NCBI GenBank assembly: GCA_038871515.1
Contig: JAVZHX010000001.1
Location: 1-64,000, forward strand
Length of the DNA: 64,000 nt
Direction of reading: 5' to 3'
DNA from: Candidatus Micrarchaeia archaeon
Lineage (GTDB): Archaea; Micrarchaeota; Micrarchaeia; Burarchaeales; Fermentimicrarchaeaceae
Within the stretch, counting starts at the first letter, position 1, and each line of letters opens with the position of its first letter. Positions 9,696 through 17,058 of this stretch are shown here, in pieces. The notes beneath the pieces were generated by a model. The model had not been told where the DNA came from, made no database searches, and saw only the letters and a program-made list of their open reading frames with translations. The translations under genes were made by a program, and so were the position numbers.

Positions 9696-9865
9696 AAGTT
9701 CACCTCGTTTGAATTTTATAGATGGGTTTATTTAAAATTTGTTATTAAAGGTGTGGTAACCTAAAGTATAATTAATATAATATGGTAAATTTTGAATTTT
9801 TAACGTCTTGAGTATATGGTAATTTTTTGGAATTTGTTAGATATGAGGAAATCCCCCAATAACCG

Positions 9866-9881
9866 AAAAGTATTTATATAA
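9866..9881 (+). promoter_or_regulatory. BRE/TATA promoter of tfb
   Basis: GAAAAGTATTTATATA: purine-rich BRE followed by TTTATATA. Confidence 0.6.
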
Positions 9882-10012
9882 GTTATTGCCTATCATTTTA
9901 AAAGGTTTTTGCTCTTTTTCCGAGGTGAACAAAGAGCTTAGAAAACCAAATCGGATGTGATTTATTGGTTGAAAAGGGCAAGCATAGCCCATCTAAAACA
10001 AGGGGTGTTGAA

Positions 10013-10918
10013 ATGGATGAAAAATGCCCGGAATGCGGGAGCAAAAGGTTGACAAGAGACTATGAAAGGGGGGAGTTGGTCTGCGCTGACTGCGGTTTGA
10101 TAGTGGCAGAAAACATAGTTGACTCTGGACCGGAGTGGAGGGCTTTTGATGCAGAGCAAAGAGAGAAGAGAGCAAGGGGAGGCGCACCAGTGAAGTACAT
10201 GAGACCAAACAAGGGTTTGGTGACGGAAATTGACCAGTATAACAGGGATATAAGGGGGGCAAAAATTCCATCAAAGAAGCAAGCACAGCTTTATAGAATG
10301 AGGAAGTGGCATAAGAGAGCGAGCATTGCTTCCTCAATGGAAAGAAACCTTGCCATTGCTCTGAGCGAGCTTGATAGAATTGCCTCCTACTTGGGTTTGC
10401 CTGAAAGTATAAGGGAGTCCTCAGCGCTGCTTTACAGAAAGTGTATAGAGAAAGGTTTGATAAGGGGAAGGTTGATTGAAAGCGTTGTCTCCGCAGTTCT
10501 CTACGCAGTGTGCAGAACGTATGGAATACCGAGAACGCTGGATGAAATTTCTGAGATTTCTGGGGTGGAGAAGAAGGAGATTGGCCGAACCTACAGGTTT
10601 ATAACACACGAGCTCGGTTTGAAGGTTCCTCTCACGGACCCAACTCACTACGTGCCGAGGTTCACCGCAGCTCTGAAGCTTTCTGGACAGGTTCAGGAGA
10701 GAGCAATTAATCTGTTGAGGAAAGCGATAAAGAAGGGTTTGATTTCAGGGAGAGGCCCAACAGGGGTTGCGGCTGCTGCGGTGTACATAGCAAGCGCGAT
10801 GGTTGGGGAGAGGAGAACGCAGAAGGAAGTTGCGGACGTCGCGGGTGTGACTGAAGTTACAATCAGAAACCGCTACAGAGAGCTGAAGAAGGAGCTCGGC
10901 CTGAAAATAGCGCTCTAG
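10013..10918 (+). CDS. tfb: Transcription initiation factor IIB
   Basis: Zn ribbon CPECGS...CADCG, GPEWRAF B-reader, two cyclin repeats, [10 protein letters not shown]. Alternative TTG start at 9965. Confidence 0.98.
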   Translation: MDEKCPECGSKRLTRDYERGELVCADCGLIVAENIVDSGPEWRAFDAEQREKRARGGAPVKYMRPNKGLVTEIDQYNRDIRGAKIPSKKQAQLYRMRKWHKRASIASSMERNLAIALSELDRIASYLGLPESIRESSALLYRKCIEKGLIRGRLIESVVSAVLYAVCRTYGIPRTLDEISEISGVEKKEIGRTYRFITHELGLKVPLTDPTHYVPRFTAALKLSGQVQERAINLLRKAIKKGLISGRGPTGVAAAAVYIASAMVGERRTQKEVADVAGVTEVTIRNRYRELKKELGLKIAL

Positions 10919-10941
10919 GAGCGCTATTCCCCTCTTTCTTT
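10906..10941 (+). terminator. Stem-loop over the tfb stop codon followed by a pyrimidine tract
   Basis: AATAGCGCTC-TAG-GAGCGCTATT (perfect 10-bp stem) followed by CCCCTCTTTCTTT. Confidence 0.6.
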
Positions 10942-10979
10942 AAAGGATAAATTATAATAAACAGCTACCATAACGTATT

Positions 10980-12032
10980 GTGAAACTAGGTGTGCTTATT
11001 GAAAGAGAAACTCTCATGATTTGGAGAAATGCGATAATGCTTCTTCTGATAATTTTCCTTCCAGTTGCGCTTGGGATGGTTTTTGCAACTTTCAAGGAAG
11101 TAATTCCAAAAAGCACACCTGCCTCGGTAATACGCGAAACCCCAGAAGTTTCAGAAGCAGATGTGAGGTTTGCAACGTTTAGCATTCTCTCACATTTCTG
11201 CTCCCCTTCAGTTGATTCGCGGGATGATGCATTCAAAAAACTGGCAAGGGAGGAGAGCTATTTTGTTGTCTCAGTTCCAGCTGGGATTAGGGAGGGGGGA
11301 GGAGTTGTGAGGGTGTATGTTGATAACTCTCTAACGCCAGTTGCAGAGGTTTCCGATTACGTTGTTGAAGTTTTGAAGTATGAGCTTGGGCAGGTTGGTT
11401 TTAAAACTGAGATAGTTGTTGAGAAAGTTGGGAGGAGGGTGATGCCTATCGAGTATTTTGCTCCGGGAGTTGTGCTGCTCATACTATCAATCGCGGGGCT
11501 TCTTGTTGTTCCTTTCAACACTGTTAAAGAAAGGGAAGTTGTACCGCGGGTTCTATCATCTGTTACCATAACCCAGTTCATAGCAAGCAAGCTGATTTTC
11601 TCCTTTCTTCTTGCGTTGCTGCAGGTTGCAGTTTTTTTCATAACGGAAAACATACTTGAGCTTCCGGTAATGAGTATAAACTACCTTTCATTTTTTGCTT
11701 TTCTCCTAACCTCTCTGGCGCTCACCTCAACCGGCTTGCTGATTGTGTTTGCGATGAAGCTTTCAAGCGTTTCGCGTCATCTTTGCTCTCTGATTTTTGG
11801 AGTTGTCGTTGCATTCTCAGGAGCAGTATATCCACCTGGTTTCCTTCCTCCATACCTGCAGTCAATTTCAAAGGTTATTCCTACGTATTATGCGCTCACA
11901 CTTCTCCGCAGCTTTGCTGTGAAAGGAGCAGACGTTGGTATTTTTGTTGATTACGTAGCAATTGTTATTGTGTGGTTTGTTCTTTCGTTTATTCTGCTGT
12001 ATTACTTTATAAAGAGGTTCAAAGATGGGTGA
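10980..12032 (+). CDS. ABC-2 type transporter permease
   Basis: N-terminal TM, extracellular domain, five C-terminal TMs, FSGAVYP...P.Y motif. Confidence 0.88.
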   Translation: MKLGVLIERETLMIWRNAIMLLLIIFLPVALGMVFATFKEVIPKSTPASVIRETPEVSEADVRFATFSILSHFCSPSVDSRDDAFKKLAREESYFVVSVPAGIREGGGVVRVYVDNSLTPVAEVSDYVVEVLKYELGQVGFKTEIVVEKVGRRVMPIEYFAPGVVLLILSIAGLLVVPFNTVKEREVVPRVLSSVTITQFIASKLIFSFLLALLQVAVFFITENILELPVMSINYLSFFAFLLTSLALTSTGLLIVFAMKLSSVSRHLCSLIFGVVVAFSGAVYPPGFLPPYLQSISKVIPTYYALTLLRSFAVKGADVGIFVDYVAIVIVWFVLSFILLYYFIKRFKDG

Positions 12033-12696
12033 AGTTGTTGTTGAGAGAGTGAGCAAGCAGTTTGGAAGGAAATACGCGCTGAGGGATGTTTCCCTCAAAA
12101 TACCACCTGGATGTGTTTTCTGCATAGCCGGCCCGAATGGAAGCGGAAAAACAACTCTGCTGAACATACTTGCAGGAGTGATGAAACAAAGTGATGGAAA
12201 AGTTGCGGTGAATGGCAGTGTTGGTTACACCTACCAGCACCCAAAGTTGTGGGAGGAGCTTAGCGTGAAAGAGAACATTTCATTTTTTTCAAAGTTGAGT
12301 GAGCGTTACGATGAAAGGTGGGTGAGAAGAGCGATTGAGGAGATGGAGCTGGGAAGTTTGCTTGATGAGAGTGTTGGGGAGCTGTCATCTGGGATGAGGA
12401 AGAGAGTTGAAATTGCAGTTGGAATTCTCTCCAACCCGGATGTGGTTTTGCTTGACGAACCAACAGCTGGTTTAGATGTTGGGGCAAAGGAGAAGGTTAT
12501 TGAAATTATAAAATTCTTCAGAAAGGAGGGAAAAACAGTTGTGGTTACAACGCACCAGCTTGAGGATTTTGGGGGAGTTTGTGATAGGTTGGCTGTTTTA
12601 AAAGAGGGGAGAGTGGTGCTTGAGAGAGATGTGAGAGGGGTTGGGAAAGAAGGGCTTTTGCGAATCTACAGAGAAGGTATGGGAAAGGTTAAATAA
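12025..12696 (+). CDS. ABC transporter ATP-binding protein
   Basis: GPNGSGKT, LSSGM, LLDEPT, TTH. Confidence 0.95.
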   Translation: MGEVVVERVSKQFGRKYALRDVSLKIPPGCVFCIAGPNGSGKTTLLNILAGVMKQSDGKVAVNGSVGYTYQHPKLWEELSVKENISFFSKLSERYDERWVRRAIEEMELGSLLDESVGELSSGMRKRVEIAVGILSNPDVVLLDEPTAGLDVGAKEKVIEIIKFFRKEGKTVVVTTHQLEDFGGVCDRLAVLKEGRVVLERDVRGVGKEGLLRIYREGMGKVK

Positions 12697-12719
12697 GAAT
12701 GCAGTGAATATTGATGTAT

Positions 12720-13247
12720 ATGAGAGGTTTGTTTGTCGGAAGATTTCAGCCTTTTCACAATGGACACATGAGGGCTGTGGAGTGGATACTGGAGAGATGT
12801 GATGAACTTATCATAGCAGTTGGGAGCACACAGCGCTCGTTTCACAGAACTGATTTATTCACAGCGGGGGAGAGAGTTGAGATGATAAGGAGAGCGCTGA
12901 AAGGAAAAAAGTTGGATGGCAGATGCATCATAATACCTGTTTCAGATATAAACAACAACGCATTGTGGGTGAGCCATCTCACTTCACTCTGCCCTGAGTT
13001 TGATGTTGTTTTCTCAAACAACCCTCTTGTGAAGTTGCTTTTTTCAAAAGCTGGAAAGAAGGTTATTGAAGTTCCAATGTTTGAGAGAAGAAAATGCGAT
13101 GGAACGTATATAAGAAAGCTTATGGCAAGTGGAGGAAAGTGGAAGGAGCTCGTCCCTCGCGAAGTTGCGAAGTTTGTTGAGGAGAGGGAAGGGGTTGATA
13201 GGTTAAGGTGCGTTTTAAAAGAGGATAAGTGCGGGGTGGTGAATTGA
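12720..13247 (+). CDS. nadM: Nicotinamide-nucleotide adenylyltransferase (archaeal NadM type)
   Basis: GRFQPFHNGH, FTAGER, W..LVP motifs. Confidence 0.92.
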   Translation: MRGLFVGRFQPFHNGHMRAVEWILERCDELIIAVGSTQRSFHRTDLFTAGERVEMIRRALKGKKLDGRCIIIPVSDINNNALWVSHLTSLCPEFDVVFSNNPLVKLLFSKAGKKVIEVPMFERRKCDGTYIRKLMASGGKWKELVPREVAKFVEEREGVDRLRCVLKEDKCGVVN

Positions 13248-14467
13248 AAATTGCTTACTTTGTTTGGGAATACCCGCCGAGGTTGATTGGTGGGTTGGGT
13301 ACATACGCGATGGAGATAACAAAGAAGTTTGATGAGATGGGGCACAGATTGGTTATATTCACGATGAATGATGGGGAGAAGCTTCCAACAAAGGAGGAGA
13401 AGAACAATATCACCATCCATAGACCGCTGCTTGCTGATGCAACTCCAGTGCTTCCAACTTTTGTTGATGAGGAGATAAAAAGATGGGGGCCTGGTTTGAG
13501 GTTCTTTTCAGATATACTCACCTACAACTTTCTTTCGGCAAATAAGTTTTCAAATGAAGTTGCAAGGAAGGAGGAGTTTGATTTGGTGGTTTGTCACGAT
13601 TGGTTGTCCGCAATTGCGGGTGTGGTTGCGAAGAACAATACAAAAAAACCGATGGTGTTTCACGTTCATTCAACGGAGTTTGGCAGGAGTGGTGGAGGAG
13701 GTTCACAGACAATAAGGGAGCTGGAGTTTTCAACAGCAAATTATGCGGATAGAATAATCACGGTAAGTTCGGCAATGAGGGAGGAGTTGCACAGGCTTCA
13801 CTTCCCAGCTGATAGAATAAGGGTGTGCTGGAATGGAGTGGATGAAAAGAAGTATGATATAAGTAGATTCAGCAAGCAGCAGATTGAGGAGTATAAAGCA
13901 AAAATTGGGGTGAAGGAGGAGGAAAAAATAATTCTTTTCACAGGAAGGTTGACGTGGGTGAAGGGGGTTAACACGCTTGTCAGCGCAATGCCTGAAATTC
14001 TGAAAAGCTGCCCTGAGGCGAAGCTTGTTATACTGGGGAGAGGGGAGATGGCAGATGAACTGAAAGTTCTTGCAAGACAGCTTAGTATAAATGATAAAGT
14101 TTTGATGATTGACAGATGGGTTGAAGAAGAGGAAAGGCTTCTTCTGTATGCAGCAAGCCACATGGTTTGCGCGCCTTCAAGGTATGAGCCATTTGGAATT
14201 GTTTCGCTTGAGGGAATGAGCATGAAGAAACCTGTCCTTGTTGGAAGAGGAGGGTTAAGGGAAGCGGTGGTTGATGGTGAAACAGGTTTCCACTGCGAGC
14301 CTGATGACCCGCATGATATTGCAATAAAGGCATTGAAACTGCTGAACGACCCTGAGCTTGCGAAGAGGTTTGGGGAGAATGGAAGGGAGAGGGTGCTGAA
14401 CCACTTCACATGGGATAAGATTGCAAAGGATACAATAGAAATTTACCAAAGTTTAGTTAAAAGGTGA
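13244..14467 (+). CDS. GT4 glycosyltransferase (glycogen synthase-like)
   Basis: WEYPP..IGGLG, HDW, PSRYEPFGIVSLE; TTG start after GGTGGTGA. Confidence 0.92.
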   Translation: MKIAYFVWEYPPRLIGGLGTYAMEITKKFDEMGHRLVIFTMNDGEKLPTKEEKNNITIHRPLLADATPVLPTFVDEEIKRWGPGLRFFSDILTYNFLSANKFSNEVARKEEFDLVVCHDWLSAIAGVVAKNNTKKPMVFHVHSTEFGRSGGGGSQTIRELEFSTANYADRIITVSSAMREELHRLHFPADRIRVCWNGVDEKKYDISRFSKQQIEEYKAKIGVKEEEKIILFTGRLTWVKGVNTLVSAMPEILKSCPEAKLVILGRGEMADELKVLARQLSINDKVLMIDRWVEEEERLLLYAASHMVCAPSRYEPFGIVSLEGMSMKKPVLVGRGGLREAVVDGETGFHCEPDDPHDIAIKALKLLNDPELAKRFGENGRERVLNHFTWDKIAKDTIEIYQSLVKR

Positions 14468-14471
14468 ATGA

Positions 14472-14957
14472 GTGGAGAGAAAGGAATCGTGCAGATTTGG
14501 AAAAACTGTCTTCTGCCCAAAATGCAAAGCGGAGAGCAACTTTGATTTTGCAACTGATATTGTGATGGATTACTTCATTATAGACGCAGTTTGCCCTTCG
14601 TGCGGGAAGGAGTTCAGCGCAACTCTTGACAGCCTTCCGAATTTGAAGAGTGTTAAAAAGAAAAAGAGGAAGGAGGAGGTAAGGGAGTCGTGCAGAATGG
14701 GCAAATCCTTCATCTGCTCCTCCTGCGGTATTTCGCTTGACTTTGATTTTTTAACCGATGCAACTGTGAAAGATTTGAATGTTGCAGGCATGTGCCCTAA
14801 TTGCTATGCAGATATATTCATTACTCTTGATTCTTTCTTGAACAACCGCACAGTGCTTGTTTACGGGGAGGGAGAACGCCCAAAGGAAAAGGAGGAAAGA
14901 AAAACTCCGGCAGGCAGGAAACACAGAAAGATTGAAAAACTGGATTATATAAGATAG
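14472..14957 (+). CDS. Tandem double Zn-ribbon protein
   Basis: Two copies of ESCRxGK..CxxC..FDFxTD..CPxC..TLDS. Confidence 0.75.
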   Translation: MERKESCRFGKTVFCPKCKAESNFDFATDIVMDYFIIDAVCPSCGKEFSATLDSLPNLKSVKKKKRKEEVRESCRMGKSFICSSCGISLDFDFLTDATVKDLNVAGMCPNCYADIFITLDSFLNNRTVLVYGEGERPKEKEERKTPAGRKHRKIEKLDYIR

Positions 14958-14962
14958 AAGTT

Positions 14963-15598
14963 ATGGAGATTCCAGAGATTTTTCAAAATTTGAAGAAAGG
15001 AATGGGGATTGCTGGGGTGTTCTTTGGGGTGATTGGCATAGTGATATGCATCGCAGCTTATCTGATTGTCTCACCTGTGATTGACAGAGTGGAAGCAAAT
15101 TTCATTCTCACAATGGAGCATGCTTCATCTACTGTTGGTAGCGCGCATTCGTCCCTTGTTTCTGGAGTTGGTACTCTCTCTTCGATGGAAGAAACGTATG
15201 AGAATATTTCAAGCGCGGCTGGGATTGTGGAGGAAGGGTGTGACGAGCTAGCTTCCTCTTTGAGGGCTGTTTCAACAGAGCTTGGTAGAAGTGGTGCAGT
15301 ATCGGAAAGCAGCCTCAGAAAGCTGAACAGCTCGGCAGATGAGTTCTCAGCTGCTTCCTTGAAATTCAGAAACGCCAAACTATTATTCTCCTCTCTTTCA
15401 AGCTCAGCAAAAAAGCTTGCTTCTGAATTTAACTCAACAACAAACACCTTCGGTTCGGTTAGAAACGATGTTGAAGAAGCAAAAGAGAATGTGAAAAGAG
15501 TTTTTGGTAGTTTAAGAGTTGCCCTTCTGCTAATAACAATACTCACCATACTTGTTCTCTTAGCATTAATCTGCTATTCGGTGGGGATACTTCTTTAA
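14963..15598 (+). CDS. Membrane protein with two TMs flanking a coiled-coil ectodomain
   Basis: Hydrophobic N- and C-terminal helices; Ser/Ala-rich heptad region. Confidence 0.7.
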   Translation: MEIPEIFQNLKKGMGIAGVFFGVIGIVICIAAYLIVSPVIDRVEANFILTMEHASSTVGSAHSSLVSGVGTLSSMEETYENISSAAGIVEEGCDELASSLRAVSTELGRSGAVSESSLRKLNSSADEFSAASLKFRNAKLLFSSLSSSAKKLASEFNSTTNTFGSVRNDVEEAKENVKRVFGSLRVALLLITILTILVLLALICYSVGILL

Positions 15599-15799
15599 TC
15601 AGCGAACAATCTCCCCAATTGCAAAAGTTCTTCTCAAAGCAGTTATTTTCACCTTCACTTTCTCTCCAACTTTTGCGTTTGGCACAAAAATCACAAATCC
15701 CTCGTAATGCGCTATTCCATCTCCTTTGCTTCCCTGCGCGTCTATTGTCACCTCATACTCCTTCCCCTCCTCGACAGGGGCGGACATAGGAACTTTCAT
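15599..15799 (-). CDS. Stand-alone TRAM domain protein
   Basis: PVEEG..YEVTI...GSKGDGIA..EGFVIFVP. Confidence 0.92.
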   Translation of the reverse strand: MKVPMSAPVEEGKEYEVTIDAQGSKGDGIAHYEGFVIFVPNAKVGEKVKVKITALRRTFAIGEIVR

Positions 15800-15808
15800 T
15801 CACCCACC

Positions 15809-16543
15809 TCACATCTCCTCAACAACCTCCTTCCCAAGCTCAAGCCCAGCAACAACTTCCGGGAGAACAACAACATGCGCTCCTGCCCTGTGCATCTTGC
15901 TAACAACTTCCTCTGAAACTGCTCTTGTTGCGATAAGAAGGTTTGGGTTGAGCTCCCTTGCTGTGAGCGCAATGTATACGTTTTTCGTATCATTTCCAAG
16001 CGCAGCTATCAAGCCACCTGCCTTCTCAATTCCAGCAAGCTTCAGAACTTTTGAGTGGGTTGCATCTCCCTGCACAACAGGAACCCCTTTCTCCTTCAAA
16101 AGCTTCACAACTCTTGGATCTCTGTCAACAACAACATAAGCCAAGGTGTGGTTTTCAAGTATTTCACATGCTTTCTCACCAACTCTTCCGTAACCGCACA
16201 CAATTATATGGTCGTTTAATGCATCTATCTTCCTCTTTATTTCCCTCTGCTGCACATCAATCTTTGAAAGTATGTTCACAAACTTTGCTGTTATGAATGT
16301 GACAAGTATAAGGTAGGCGAGCCCGTTGATGAATGTGAACAGTTGAACTGTCCAGAGGGTGTAGAAGCGAGGAACGTCAAGCACAAACCCAGGCACACTG
16401 AATATTGTTGCGGCAGTCCAGTAAAGCGCAATGGATGGCTCAACGTTATTAACGAGAACAAGCGTTAAAAAGGAGAGGAGAAACACCGTAGCTATGATGA
16501 ATGCAATTACGTGCTCCAGCTTCCATTTGAAACTCATCCTCAC
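15809..16543 (-). CDS. 2-TM potassium-channel homolog with TrkA-N (RCK) domain and atypical filter
   Basis: TM-pore helix (ALYWTAATIFSVPG)-TM, then HIIVCGYGRVG and GDAT...LKLAGIEKA. Confidence 0.85.
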   Translation of the reverse strand: MRMSFKWKLEHVIAFIIATVFLLSFLTLVLVNNVEPSIALYWTAATIFSVPGFVLDVPRFYTLWTVQLFTFINGLAYLILVTFITAKFVNILSKIDVQQREIKRKIDALNDHIIVCGYGRVGEKACEILENHTLAYVVVDRDPRVVKLLKEKGVPVVQGDATHSKVLKLAGIEKAGGLIAALGNDTKNVYIALTARELNPNLLIATRAVSEEVVSKMHRAGAHVVVLPEVVAGLELGKEVVEEM

Positions 16544-16719
16544 ACCTTCAGAGTTTTTACTTTCAATTTCCTCCTAACCATCTCCTTTCCAAGCTCAACT
16601 CCGCCAACAATTTCAGGAAGCACGACAATTTCAGCCCCTGCCCTGTGCATTTTTGTAACAACTTCCTCTGAAACTGCTCTTGTTGCGATAAGAAGGTTTG
16701 GGTTGAGCTCCCTTGCTGT
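15901..16719. repeat. 64-bp perfect direct repeat (15901-15964 and 16656-16719) within the two RCK coding regions
   Basis: TAACAACTTCCTCTGAAACTGCTCTTGTTGCGATAAGAAGGTTTGGGTTGAGCTCCCTTGCTGT occurs at both positions. Confidence 0.95.
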
Positions 16720-16986
16720 CAGAATCACAAACAGGTTGTTTGTGTCATTGCTGAACGTTGTAACCAATGCTTTCGCTTTTTCTATTCCAGCCAGTTTCAG
16801 AATGCGGGAGTGTGTTGCATCCCCCTCAACCACCAGTATCTTCATTTCTCTCAGAAGTTTTGCTATGCTCGGCTCCTGTTCAATAACAATATACTCCTTC
16901 TTTGACTGCTCAAGAACCTCGCACACCTTCTCTCCAATTTTACCATAACCGCAAACAACAACGTGCCCCTCAAGTTCTTTCTTCAT
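16540..16986 (-). CDS. Stand-alone TrkA-N (RCK) domain protein
   Basis: HVVVCGYGKIG, GDAT; paralog of the channel C-terminal domain. Confidence 0.9.
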   Translation of the reverse strand: MKKELEGHVVVCGYGKIGEKVCEVLEQSKKEYIVIEQEPSIAKLLREMKILVVEGDATHSRILKLAGIEKAKALVTTFSNDTNNLFVILTARELNPNLLIATRAVSEEVVTKMHRAGAEIVVLPEIVGGVELGKEMVRRKLKVKTLKV

Positions 16987-17058
16987 GCGCTCACAGATGG
17001 AATTTAATATGTTGGTTTATAATATCTTTTGTTTAAAACATTTTGCATAGGTGCTTTT

